A DNA stretch of 64,000 bases from assembly GCF_006345805.1 (NCBI RefSeq), contig NC_042999.1, positions 62,372,001 to 62,436,000 of the forward strand. The letters run 5' to 3'. This DNA comes from Octopus sinensis. Lineage: Eukaryota. The stretch's first letter is position 1; every line of letters starts with the position of its first letter. The position numbers were made by a program, and so were the translations under genes. A model generated the notes under the pieces. That model saw only the letters and a list, made by a program, of their open reading frames with translations. It was not told where the DNA came from and made no database searches. Positions 1 through 12,527 of this stretch are shown one piece after another.

Positions 1-249
1 TAAGTGACTATTATCTTAACTGCTTTCACTCCTTTCTTCCTATAGCTACTATAATTACACCCACCTCTTGCACACATCCAAAGAAAAGACACTATTTACT
101 ACATCTAGTGAAACATTTGAATATTTCAATATTTCAATAGTCTTCACTTCATTGGGACCCCTTTAATAACTAATCTTGTATATCTTGCGCAGTCATTGTT
201 CACTACTGGTCCTACTGCATCTTGAATGTAACTGTTTCTTGCTCTGAGT

Positions 250-460
250 AATGATGTCGAGTTTTTACATATTCCCTTTCTCCGTATCATGAAAGGCCAA
301 TCCACAGTTGATGCTGGCATTTTGTGTTCTCTTGTATAAATGAATATTTAGGTCTTTGTTATGTTAACTTTTCAGCCTTGGAACTGCTTCTGCAGCACTT
401 TGAGTCTGCAGTGGAAACTGTCTCCTCAGCATATAAAGTTTCTAAGGACATCTGGTCCTA
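250..460 (-). pseudogene. Degenerate LINE RT fragment
   Basis: LYAEETVSTADS...KVNITKT resembles LYADDTVL.A.S...LKVN..KTK. Confidence 0.4.
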
Positions 461-1027
461 AAGAGACAATAAAGAAAATAAAAAGGAAACTGTCAGCTAA
501 GCTTTGATGAATATTCACTTGTACACTAATTTCACCACTTAAGCATTACCATTAATTACTATAATTTTGTAATAGAATTTACTATGGATCCTGAACACAG
601 GTAGAAGTACAACAATTGCCCTACTACTTCTACACAATAGATAGATAAAATTAATAACATTGCAGTTAAATTATAAAATTGGCATATGACAGCTTGAAAG
701 CTATTTATGGTCCCGCACATGTTATATGATGTCTTTATTATTTAAAGCTTTCAATGTTTCCATAATAAGTATTCATTCATATCATGGAGAATATAAAGTT
801 GATGGGTTAATACATTTTGTTTCTCTCCAAGTTCTGTGAATCAGTAATTCATTGAGTTTTATTAAATTGACTCCTTTCCTGTAAAAATTTCTATAGAGAT
901 TCATAAAATAAAAATTCAGCATTATGGACATTATACTGCAAGTGCAGCGTTTGTGTGTGTGAGAGAGAGAGAGAGAGGGAGAGATTTGGTTGACTAAAGT
1001 TTATGAGTAAGTACTAATAGTTACATA

Positions 1028-1265
1028 GGTACAGGTGTGGCTGTGTGGTAAGAAGCTTGCTTACCAACTACATGGTTCCGGGTTCAGTCCCGTTGCATGG
1101 CACCATGGGCAAGTGTCTTCTACTATAGCCTCGGGCCGACTAAAGCCTTGTGAGTGGATTTGGTAGGCAGAAACTGAAAGAAGCCCATCGTATATATATA
1201 TATATATATATAACGGGAAGCTTTATGAAAATAGACAAAAGACGAAGGCAGGTGGAAAACAAACG

Positions 1266-1324
<59 letters not shown>

Positions 1325-1553
1325 GTATGTGTGTGTATGTTTGTGTGCCTGTGTTTGTCCCCCCAACATCGCTTGATAACTGATGCTGGTGTGTTTACGT
1401 CCCTGTAACTTAGTGGTTTGGCAAAAGAGACCGATAGAATAAGTACAAGGCTTACAAACAATAAGTCCTGGGGTCGATTTCTTTGACTAAAGGCAGTGCT
1501 CCAGCATGGCTGCAGTCAAATGACTGAAACAAGTAAAAGAGAGAGTAAAAGAG
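1028..1553 (+). mobile_element. tRNA-headed SINE family A (full length, internal microsatellite)
   Basis: Head GTGGCTGTGTGGTAAG...GGTTCAGTCCC (A/B-box like), internal (TA)n/(TG)n, tail GAAACAAGTAAAAGAG; multiple copies in the window. Confidence 0.85.
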
Positions 1554-1954
1554 TATGATATTCATAAAAGAAATTTATAAAGAGAAGATATGTGGTTTAA
1601 TAATCTGAAAATCTTTCACTCTCACCTGTTAATAATAACTGACATTAAAAAATTCTTATATTTGAGTGCACACTGTAATTTGAGCTCTTTGTCACCATAA
1701 CACTATACTATCCTGCATACATGTGGACTGATATTAAAACATTTACAGAACTTTTAGAATTTTAGAACAGTACATAAGTGATTGTAGATGTATATTATTC
1801 TAACTCAGTAGTTAATGTTATATTATTAGAAGCCTATTATTTGGTTTTGATTTTTTTCAGTCACATCACTTTTGTTATCAGTACCAGTGTCTTTGGGAAA
1901 TATATCAGCACTGTGATTTGTCACTCCTTTTCTCAAAGGCATGAGTGTGTATAG

Positions 1955-2950
1955 GTTAGGGTTAGTTTGTGTAGTTAAGAAGCTCACTTTGCAACCATGT
2001 GGTTTCAGGTTCAGTTCCACTGCTCAGCACCTTGGGCAAGTGTCTTCTGTTATAGCCCTAGTTTGACCAACACCTTGTGAGTGAATTTGGTAGACAGAAA
2101 CTGTATGGAATCTTATTATATATACACAGACATGCAGGAAGTAAATAGACACCTTTTATTTTCAAAATCTTTTATTTGATATTAATTGGTTGAAGGAGAG
2201 GTTTTCTTCTAGCTGCTCGTCCATAATACCCAAGCTTATGCAGGTATGTAACACACGTTCTTGAACTAACTTCTAGCCATTTTGCAATGTCAGAAGCCTT
2301 CAAATGGGTTTCGTTTACCACAATTCTCTTCAAACAGCAAAGCTTCCTTTCTGAGGGCCCAGGTCAGCTGGGACGAGAATCTGTTGATTCTTTTCCTTAG
2401 CTTTTGAATTACATTATAATTCTATTAACAGTAGCAAGAGGAATTTGAAGATTTTCGGCAATTTTTCGCTGACTAAGACCAGCCTCAGATTGCCCAACAA
2501 TATGACCTCTTTGAAAATCTGACAGTTCTGCTGAATTTTTTGTGCGTAGCATTGTTACTCTTCACAAATGTTTAATATAATGGCACCCAGAATGAAAAAG
2601 AATAATCACATTGTAAATTCTACACCACTGAAAACATATTAAGACGCTTAGATCAGAAATTTTGAAAATTAATGGTGTCTATTTACTTCCTGCATGTCTG
2701 TGTATATATAATATCTATCTGTGTGTGTGTGTGTCTTTGTGAATATGTTTGTCCTCAACCTATCACATGACAACCAGTGTTGGTTTTGTTTGTGTCCCAA
2801 TAACTTAGTGGTTTGCCAAACGAGACTAATAGAATAAGTACTACATTTAAAAATGATAAATAGAGGGATTGATCTGATCAACTGAATCCTTCAGGGTGGT
2901 GCACCAGCCTGGCCACAGTCCAATGATTGAAACAAGTAAAAGATAAAAGA
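1955..2950 (+). mobile_element. Diverged SINE family A copy interrupted by the Tc1 element
   Basis: 5' half at 1955-2124 and 3' half at 2703-2950 align to family A. Confidence 0.75.
2125..2702 (-). mobile_element. Internally deleted Tc1/mariner DNA transposon with N-terminal transposase remnant
   Basis: About 45-bp TIRs (CACAGACATGCAGGAAGTAAATAGACACC... at 2125 and its reverse complement ending 2702), flanked by TA. Minus-strand frame 2552-2172 reads [46 protein letters not shown]...VSSRTCVTYLHKLGYYGRAARRKPLL with in-frame stops (Tc1 HTH domains). DDE domain absent. Confidence 0.9.
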
Positions 2951-4705
2951 GGCTTCAGAAATAATTATTGCTATTTAGGTAAAGAACTGATATCTAATTG
3001 TGTAGGTTTTTATTCATATTTTTAAAATGTTTTAGTTATTTTAACTGTTTTAATGATGACAGTTATGAGCAAAAGGAAAACAATAGAGATGGAATGATAA
3101 TGTCGGGAAGGTCACACAAAATTATATCTACATCATCATGCTCAAAATATCTGTTTGGAGATATGTGCTCATAATCTTTACATTGTGGTCTTTTAATGAA
3201 ATACCAAATCATAAAAATTGATAAATTTCCATTGACATTTGAAAGATCTCTCAGCATATTTTAACATTCATTCTTCTCATTTTACTCAACCATTGATAAT
3301 TGTCTTTTATTTGTTCCATGGCCGTTTTAGTGGGGTTTTTTTTTTTTTTTTTTTTTTCTTTCTGAATTCTGGTGATTTCTGCAGCACAGGTTACTATCTG
3401 CACTAACCTATAATTTTCTCTCATGAATTTTTTCCCCCAATTATGGGTTTGAGCATGACTTACATATAGTTCTACTATTTATTTTTCTCTCAAGCATTAT
3501 TAATACTTTTAATTCTTTGTTACTGAGATTTTATTAATGCATTTAGTAAACCACATATCTCTGTATCTTTACAAATATTCCAACTATTTTGTAAAGTATA
3601 GAATAATCTTGTTAATAATAGTCTAGACTCCTAACAGTGATTACTTGTTCCAAATCTTAAATATTAATTTAACATATTGTTCAAGGAAGAAATACATAAG
3701 TTTATGATCAACATGATACTAGGAAATGTGGATGACCCCCCCCCCACTTCCTTTTCAATACAACGTAATATTTTATACAGATAGAAAGGAGGGACTTAAT
3801 ATAGTTAGTGAGTTTCAAATGGCATATAAAACAGATAGTACAAGTATAGCACGTGTGTATGACCCTTTGACATTCAGTAGTTCCATATGAGCTTCTTAGT
3901 ATACAATGTGAAAGCAATAGAAAGCTGCTGATATATGTATAGAGGTTGCATTTGGAAGTCAGTAAAATACCAAGAATGTTTAAAGAATCAATAGCTTAGT
4001 CAAGAATAAGCATGGAAAAGAAAATCAGCTGATGTAAGTTCTTCAAAATAGCACATGATTTTCTCTTTAAACTCATAGAGTTGCCTGGAAGCATTTAAAG
4101 TGCCAAGAAAAATTACTTGAGAAAGAGGAGAGTTTGGGTTAATATTCTTTATGCAGGATGAGAGATTATTATTTTTTCTTCATTATCATGACCAAACACT
4201 CTTTATAAATATAATGTATTGTTATTTATACAGATTTATTTTCTTAAATTAAATGTTCAAGTTTTCCAGATTATAACGTTTAGCTCACTATTTTAGTACT
4301 TGCACTTTATCACTAGAAGATAAAATACCTAACTTTCACTTAATGATTCCAGTTAATACCATTGGCTTTTGGTAGTACTGATTTTTATATTGATTTAGAC
4401 TTCAAGATTATATTCTTTGCAATATTCCTTGCAATCTATTAGTTTTATTTGTTGTCTAGGAAAGTGCCCTAGATAATAAAATGATCACACCTTGGACAAA
4501 TGTCTTCTACAATACCCTTAGGCCAACCAATGGTTTATGAGTGTATTTGTTAGACAGAAATTGTATAGAAGCCCATTGCATGTGTGTGTGTGTATATATA
4601 TACATATATATTGATAAAAATGGTAAGAATGAAAGTGACCTCGATATTATGTAAATAGAGGAATTTATCTGTAAATGTAATATGTAATAATTATTCGGTA
4701 GCCAT

Positions 4706-4766
4706 GATAAAACTCTGAGTTTCGGATGCCAAGGTGGAAATCCACGCCGCCATCTCTTCAGTTATC
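4706..4766 (-). ncRNA. Minimal type-I hammerhead ribozyme motif
   Basis: Minus strand: GATAA-CTGAAGA-GATG...CATC-C-GAA-ACTC-A-GAGT-T-TTATC. Stem I GATAA/TTATC, intact CUGANGA and GAA core, palindromic stem III, GUU cleavage triplet. Lies in a unit (about 4611-4777) flanked by (TA)n. Confidence 0.7.
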
Positions 4767-5043
4767 CAGCCATCGGATATATATATAATGGACTCTCCTG
4801 TCTGAGTGCTCAGCTTGCCTAACGACCTGCACAAATGATTTGTTTATAGTGATCAAGTGTTTATGCTACACATTAGCTCATTCTCTCCATCAAACCACGC
4901 GTCAGATATTGAAGTGATCGCAGAGGTGAAGTGTTTTGCTCAAGAACACAATGCACCACCCAGTCTAGGAATTGAAACTATAATCTCACAATCGTGAGTA
5001 CGAATCTCTAACCGCTAGGCCATACACCCTCACAGACATGTAT

Positions 5044-5626
5044 ATCATCACCATCATCATTCAATGTCCACTTTCCATGCTGGCATGGATTCAACAGTTT
5101 GACTGAGGACTGGCGAGCCAGATGGCTGCACCAGGCTCCAGTCTGATCTGGCAGAGTTTCTACAGTTGGATGCCCTTCGTAACGCTAACCACTCCGAGAG
5201 TGTAGTGGGTGTACTTTTATGTGCCACTGGCACGAGGGCCAGTCAGGCAGTATTGGCAACGACCACGCTCAAATGGTGTTTTTATGTGCCACCTGCACAG
5301 GAGCCAGCCCAGCAGTACTGGCAATGACCTCGCTCGAATGTTGTCTTTCATGTGCCAGTAAGGCGATACTGGTAATGATCACACTCGAATGGTGCTTTTA
5401 TGTGCCACCAGCACAGGAGCCAATCAGCAGCCCTGGCAACGATCACACTTGGATGGTGCTCTTCGTGCTCCACTAGCACGGATGCCAGTTAAGTGGTGCT
5501 GTCATCGAATTTGATTTTGATTTCACTTGCTTCAACAGGTCTTTGCAAGCAGAGTTTAGTGTCCAATGAAGGAAAGGTATGCATAAGTGGTCTCACTTGG
5601 CTTGCTGGGTCTTCTCAATTACAGCA
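5044..5626 (-). mobile_element. RTE-clade LINE 3' end (tandem-repeat 3'UTR, (GAT)n tail)
   Basis: Shares the UTR and ORF-end sequence of the longer copies at 10.3 and 31.1 kb. Confidence 0.8.
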
Positions 5627-6905
5627 TATATATATATCACTGTGACTGACCAGGCTATCAGATGTTGCTACACTTGCTGGTCACAATGTGCTTCGCATTG
5701 TTTTAGCCTTCAAATGACGCCACCCCACTGGCTAAGTGAGCAGGCCAATATATATATATATATATATATGTGTGTGTTTGTCCTTCACCACCAATTGACA
5801 ACTGGTGTTGCTTTGTTTATGTCCCCTCTAACTTAGCAGTTCTGGAAAAGAGACAGATACAATAAGTACTAAACTTCAAACTAAAAAATACACTAAGTAC
5901 TGGAGTCAGTTTGACTAAACTCTTCAGGGTGGTGCCCCAGCATGACCACAGTCCAGCAACTGTATCAGTTAAAGTAAGAGAAAAGATTAAATATTCCTCA
6001 AAATTTCTGTCTCTGTTAATATTATTAAAGTCTTTCTGTTTTTGGTTTAGTGTGGAATCTCTACCAGATTATCAGTTCTTTCAGGTATTCACTTTACTCA
6101 GATTTTCTTTCTAAGAATTCCATAAAAGAAATATAAGTTTTCATCTCTTTCATCAAATGACCATTAATAGCTTAAAGGGGGAAAAAATCAATGGACTTTA
6201 TCTCTGATTATTTTACTTTCTTAGTCACCAGCTTATTTTCCCTTTGAAGTCATCATATAAACATTCAATAGTAATACATAGGCTATTATAGTTTCTTTAC
6301 AAAAATACTTAATAAGAAATGAAACACCTTTGAGAACACTTAAAACATTATCTCCACAACTAAACTAATAGATAAACAGATACATGACTGAAAAGATATT
6401 CAGATGGTACATATTTGATCAACTAAAAGAAAATGTCAACAATTATATTGAATATACTGTTTCACTTATTTGAACTAAATGCAGTAACTATTGATTGACA
6501 TAGATCTTTGTGCCCTGTAAATCTATGGTTTACCATGTGCACTATGTCTATGACCCAGACATCATTTCTTTTGTGATTGATAATATACATAACAGAGCCT
6601 AACAGCTTATTTCTTTTGAAAATGAAAATGAAATACAAGGCTATTTCACAATAAATTTAATTTTTGGCATATTTGCTCTAATATTTTACATTTACAAATT
6701 TTATAAATATTTTAAGAACAAACATTCTGAATATCATCATTTCATGTTTGATTTTTCCCTGAGTCAGTCTCCTTATACAGAGTTGTAGCCCTCTTGTATA
6801 GGTTATGGAACACATCTTACTCATATATTCCATTTTTCACATGATTTTTATGGATGCCCTTTTTGTTGCCGACTACTTTTAAGAGTGTAGTAGGTACATT
6901 TAGGT

Positions 6906-7241
6906 GAAGGTGCATGGTTCAGTGGTTAGAGCATCGAGCTTACAATCGCGAGGTTGTGAGCTCGAATCCCAGACTGGGCTGCGTGTTGCATTCTTGAGCA
7001 AGACACTTTATTTCACGTTGCTCCAGTTCACTCAGCTGTAGAAATGAGTTGCGACATCACAGGTGCCAAGCTGTATCAGCCTTTGCCTTTCCCTTGGATA
7101 ACACTGGTGGCGTGGAGAGGGGAGGCCGGTATGCATAGGCGACTGCTGGTCTTCCATAAACATCCTTGCCTGGACTTGTGCCTGGGAGGGTAACTTTCTA
7201 GGTGCAATCCCATGGTCTGTGTCATGACCGAAGGGGGTCTC
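6906..7241 (+). mobile_element. tRNA-headed SINE family E
   Basis: Head TGGTTCAGTGGTTAGAGC...GCTCGAATCCC; second copy in opposite orientation at 16267-16602. Confidence 0.8.
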
Positions 7242-7461
7242 AGATGCATTTTATCATGGCACAAGAATTAGATAGGTTATCTTGTCTTCACAAAGCTACA
7301 AAGTCCTTTCTATACTATATTTATCTGTCAACCACTTGTCTCCAGCAAGACTAAACAGTCTTACATTATTTCTGTATGTTCATCAATATCTTTACAGAGT
7401 GTACTTTGTGAAGTTATTGTGCCATCAGTACTAGAGAGATTGTTTTGACCTAGCCAAGACT

Positions 7462-7640
7462 AACAATGCTTAGCCGTATTTCGTCTGCTGTTACATTCTG
7501 AGTTCAAATTCCGCCGAGGTCAACTTTGCCTTTCATCCCTTCGGAGTCAATAAATTAAGCACCAGTTACACACTGGGGTCGATGTAATCGACTTAATCCC
7601 TTTGTCTATCCTTGTTTGTCCCTTTTATGTTTAGCCCCTT
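7462..7640 (+). mobile_element. SINE family C (partial)
   Basis: GTATTTCGTCTGC...GAGTTCAAATTCCGCCGAGGTC...GTTTGTCCCT body shared with 41613-41842. Confidence 0.75.
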
Positions 7641-7648
7641 GTGGGCAA

Positions 7649-8040
7649 TACTCTTTTACTCTTTTACTCTTTTACTTGTTTCAGTCATTTGACTGCGGCC
7701 ATGCTGGAGCACCACCTTTAATCGAGCAACTCGACCCTGGGACTTATTCTTTTGTAAGCCCAGTACTTATTCTATCGGTCTCTTTTGCCGAACCGCTAAG
7801 TAATGGCGACATAAACACACCAGCATCGGTTGTCAAGCAATGCTAGGGGAACAGACACACAAACACACACACGCATATATATATATGATGGGCTTCTTTC
7901 AGTTTCCATCTACCAAATCCACTCACAAGGCTTTGGTCGGCCCGAGGCTATAGTAGAAGACACTTGCCCAAGGTGCCACGCAGTGGGACTGAACTCGGAA
8001 CCATGTGGTTGGTAAACAAGCTACTTACCACACAGCCACT
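7649..8040 (-). mobile_element. SINE family A
   Basis: Reverse complement of 1028-1553. Confidence 0.85.
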
Positions 8041-8045
8041 CAGAA

Positions 8046-8716
8046 ATAAGACTAACAAATCCTTTAGAAAAGTTAGGCACAGGAAGAATTCAATGCAGTG
8101 TACAAGCGAGAAGACTGCACTGGTTTGGTCATGTGATGCAGATGGATGTAGACAGCTGCATAAAGAAGTGCTGATCACTTAAAGTGGATGGAACAGGTGG
8201 AAGAGGGAAACTCAGGGAGACATGGGACAAAGACTGAAGGCTGATCTCAGGACTCTGAGCCTTATGGAGATGACAAAGGACCAAGCTATCTAGCACTTTG
8301 TTGCAGTCAAAAAGGCCTGCCCACCACAGCAGAACTGTTAATGATACCCGCCTAGCTGAAGGGGTTTTTGCCAGCAAAAGTCCTGTGCTGGTACCATATA
8401 AAAAGCATTCATGCCAGTGCTGTGTAGAAAGCACGTATGCCAACACCATGTACAAAGCACCTGGCAGGGGCCACGTAAAATCAACCTGTGCCAGGTCACA
8501 TAAAAAGTACCTGTGCTGGCGTCATGTAAAAAGCACCTCTGTTGGTACCACATAAAAAGAACCAAGCACATTCTGTAAGGTTGCTGGTGTTAGGAAACCA
8601 GCTGTAGAAACCAAGCCGAATCAGACTGGAACCTGGTGCAGCTCTCCAGCTTGCCAGCTCTTGCTAAACCGTCCAACCCATGCCAGCATGGAAAACAGAC
8701 ACTGGATGATGCTGAT
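8046..8716 (+). mobile_element. RTE-clade LINE 3' end
   Basis: RRLHWFGHVMQMDVDSCIKKC...GRGKLRETWD ORF end, then UTR repeats and a GATGATG tail. Confidence 0.75.
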
Positions 8717-9239
8717 AAAAGGATAAAAGTATAAACAGGCAAAATAACTGGTATCAGGTTAAATTATGACATTTATGTCTTTAAATATGATGTTATACGA
8801 GTATAGATCATGAGAAGGAAGGAAGTAAATATACTCGTGTAACATCATGTTTAAAGATATAAATGTCATCATCTAACCTGATACTAATTGCTTTGTTTGT
8901 TTATACTTTTATCATTTTATGCTTGTACACACTCAATTGATAAACTGCTTGTAGCCAGTCACCATTATGCAACTATAACATCCTTGCTTTTAGTTATGAA
9001 AATATTTTAGTTATGAAAATATTACTCAGATGTGATGTTTCTTAATTATATATCATCATCATCATCATCATCTGTTAACGTCCACTTTCCATGGGTTGGA
9101 CAGTTTGACTGAGGACTGGCAAGCCAGGAGGCTGCATCAGGCTCATATATATATATATATTCAAAATGTGACTGCGTGTGTACCGTTGGCGATTTTTTTT
9201 TCCTCCGTCTTCCCTTCTCTGGATCTTTCCTTTTCCTGT

Positions 9240-9274
9240 GTTTCTGACGAAGAGCTCTGCTCGAAACGTTAAAC
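9240..9274 (+). ncRNA. Minimal type-I hammerhead ribozyme motif
   Basis: GTTT-CTGACGA-A-GAGC-TCT-GCTC-GAA-ACGT-T-AAAC. Stem I GTTT/AAAC, stem II GAGC/GCTC, palindromic ACGT stem III, GUU triplet. Lies in a unit (9161-9375) flanked by (TA)n on both sides. Confidence 0.7.
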
Positions 9275-9375
9275 CCTCCTTCTTCCCTTCCTTCCTGAGC
9301 ATCCAATAATACTATATTTGTTCCACGTCCTCGCGTTGTTGTGTTTTCTCTTTGTGTTTTCATGTTTGGATTAAC

Positions 9376-9450
<75 letters not shown>

Positions 9451-10320
9451 ATATAGTGTTAATATAAATTTAGAACTATTGAATAAGTTTTTTAATTTTT
9501 TATACTTTAAAAATTTTCACATAAGATTGCTAGTCAGTACATATAGCAATATAAAAACATTAATAATCTTAAAATGGATGATAAAGACTTGTTTGATAAT
9601 ACATTTCTTTAAATTATTTATCCAAAATCCTCTATGGATTTAAATTCGCCAATTCTGATAAGCTTAAAATCATAAATAATAAGTTGCATTTTTTTTTTTT
9701 TTTTTGCTTTTATTCATAATTCCAATCAAGTTCATAGTTGTGAAACTATAGGTAAAAAAAGTGATTGAGTTTTGTTCCAACTAAGTGGGTACACATTGTT
9801 CCAATGTGTGAAGACGGTGTCTGCTATATGGATATTACTTTGCATCTGAATTATAGTCAATCTTCCTGTATAAAGTTGTTTCTGCCTACAGAGACTCTAC
9901 TGGAAGTTAGAGACCTATGAAGAGATTCATTCACAGATTTGTTAGTGACCAGCCCCTCAATGACTGTAGCTGACATCAGACAATCTGGACGTGCACAGCA
10001 GATTCACACTACCATTGAGACAACTGTTTATTGATTGTTCAAATGATTTGGACTAAATCATTCACATGAATAAAGAACTGAAAGAAATGTCCTGAACTTG
10101 TCAGGGCTCACTTAGATCCCACCCTTGCTAAATGGTTTCATGTGGAATGAACATATGAATCCCAAGTCCAACTGATTCTAATCTGATGTCAGGTTATATG
10201 AGATTTTGTTCGACTGGGGAACTGAATCTTCTATGTCTCCAGAATGCCATGCAGTGGGAGTAGTGTGATGACATGGAGAGGTTTCTCAGTTCAGTTTCTT
10301 TGATCTTATTCATTGCATTA

Positions 10321-11520
10321 TCATCAGTATCATCATCATCATCGTTTAATGTCCGCTTTCCATGCTAGCATGGGTTGGACAATTTTGACTGAGGGCTGGC
10401 GAACCAGACGGCCGCACCAGGCTCCAATCTTGACCTGGCAGAGTTTCAACAGCTGGATGCCCTTCCTAACGCCAACCACTCCGAGAGTGTAGTGGGTGCT
10501 TTTTATGTGCCACCGGCACGGGACCAGTCAGGCGGTACTGGCAATGACCTCGCTCAAATCTTTTTACACATGCCACTGGCACAGGTGCCAGTAAGGCGAC
10601 GTTGCTAAGGATCACGCTCGAATGGTGCCCTTTTACGTGCCATTAGCATGGAAGACAGTTGGCTGCTCTGGCAACGATCACGCTCAGATGGTGCTCTTGG
10701 TACCCTACTAGCACTGGGCACAAGTGCCAGTAAGGTGACGCTGGTAACGATCACACTCAAATGGTGCCCTTTTATGTGCCACTGGCACAGAAGCCAGTTA
10801 GCTGCTCTGTCAACAATCACCCTCGTATGGTGCTCTTTGCACCCCGCACGAATGCCAGTCGTTGAATTTGATTTTGATTTCACTTGCCTTAACACGTCTT
10901 CGAAAGCAGAGTTTAGTGACCAAAGAAGGAAAAGGTATGCATAAGCAGGCTGGTTACGCTCCTGGCATAGGCCACAGGTTATGGTCTCATTTGGCTTGTC
11001 GGGTCTTCTCAAGCACAGCATATTTCCAAAAGTCTCAGTTGCTAGTCATTTCCTTGGTGAGGCCTAATGTTCGAAGGTCGTGCTTCACCACTTCATCCCA
11101 GGTCTTCCTGGTCTACCTCTTCTACAGGTTCTCTCAACCACTAGGGTGTGGCACTTTTTCACACAGCTATCCTCATCCGTTCTCGCCACATGACCATACC
11201 TATTTCTTTACTACCCACAAGGGGCTAAACACAGAGGGGACAAACAAGGACAGACAACAGATTAAGTCGATTATATCAACCCCAGTGTGTAACTGGTACT
11301 TAATTTATCGACCCTGAAAGGATGAAAAGCAAAGTCGACCTCGGTAGAATTTGAACTCAGAACGTAATGGCAGACGAAATACAGCTATGTATTTCACCCG
11401 GCAGGCTGACCTTTCTGCCACATGACCATACCAGCACAGATGTCTCTCTTGCACACCACATCTAATGCTTCTTAGGTCCAACTTTTCTCTCAAGGTACTT
11501 ATACCCTGTCGAGTATGCAC
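10321..11520 (-). mobile_element. 5'-truncated RTE-clade LINE (ORF C-terminus plus 3'UTR)
   Basis: Minus-strand LREKLDLRSIRCGVQERHLCWYGHV, continuing past the SINE insert into the RTE C-terminal region, then UTR with GTGCCAC(C/T)GGCAC repeats and a (GAT)n tail. Confidence 0.85.
11201..11416 (-). mobile_element. SINE family C inserted in an RTE ORF
   Basis: Flanked by a direct repeat GCCACATGACCATACC at 11185-11200 and 11417-11432. Confidence 0.85.
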
Positions 11521-11589
11521 ACATGGATCAAGAAATGTAGCAAGTAATTTTGAGAGACATCTGTTGCCCTATTTTAATAATTATCCGTT

Positions 11590-11830
11590 GCTCATATTGA
11601 TCCTGATATCTGACAATAATTCAAATCACACCACAAGTTCAGTGAAGCAGTTCATTTCCAATTGTCAAATTAGGTTAATTTCTCAGTCTGTTCAATCCCT
11701 GAGTTTAGTAAGATTGAAAATCTCTGGAATGAAGTTTGTCATGATAGCAAAGCACAGCAGCCACCAAATCTTAATAATCTGTTAACTGGGATCAAGGATT
11801 CTTGGAAACTAATTCTGTTCCTCATTGTAA
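11590..11830 (+). pseudogene. Tc1-like transposase C-terminal (DDE) fragment
   Basis: DNNSNHTTSSVKQF... then, after a frameshift, QSPEFSKIENLWNEV...QQPPNLNNL, resembling QDNxxxH...SPDLNPIENLW. Confidence 0.55.
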
Positions 11831-12526
11831 GTATTTGATTGAGTTCATACTCTACAGATATTGCAAAGTCATTGATAGAAAAGAGTATCACTTTGGATAT
11901 TGATCTGTGAATATATTTTCTTTAATAAGAAACTGTTGCTCCTGTTAATAGTAATGTCTTGCTTGTGGTTCAAAATATTTGGCACCTTGAATTCTAGAAG
12001 CTGAAAAAAAATTATGGAAGCACATTGTACACTGATTTCAGAAGGAACCATATTTTAGTTGGCTCCATTCTCAAAGTTCATACGTATAGCAAATATAGTA
12101 TTTTTACATTCAAGTATGTGTAGATGTAAAAAATTGGATTTATGATTAGTATATTTGAAAACAAATTCTGTTCTCTTTCATATTCTTTGTTTGTGTTTTT
12201 GTTAGCATTTTTCTGTGTTTTAGAGATATATAATTCTTTGTTTTGATAGTATATCATACATATTTTAAATCTTGAATTAGGTGCATATCCAGAGTTAATA
12301 CAATGCTAGATAAATGTTTTAAAGGATCATGCTTATTACATTTTTTTTACCCTACTGATTATTTGAAGCATGAAAACTCTGCTTTAAACAATCATGTATG
12401 ATTTACTTCTCAAGATATTTCTGCAGCATATATATTTGTTAATAGTTATGTTTTAAAATAGTTTTGTTGTTTATGTATCATTTCTTCTAAACGAAATCCT
12501 GTGGTATTTCTTAATCTTGCTGTTCG

Positions 12527-12527
12527 A

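Noticed and set aside
1123-1461. ORFs with IYIYIY/VCVC runs (also 9341, 29065, 45154, 57916 etc.)
   Set aside because: Translations of (TA)n/(TG)n microsatellites within SINEs.
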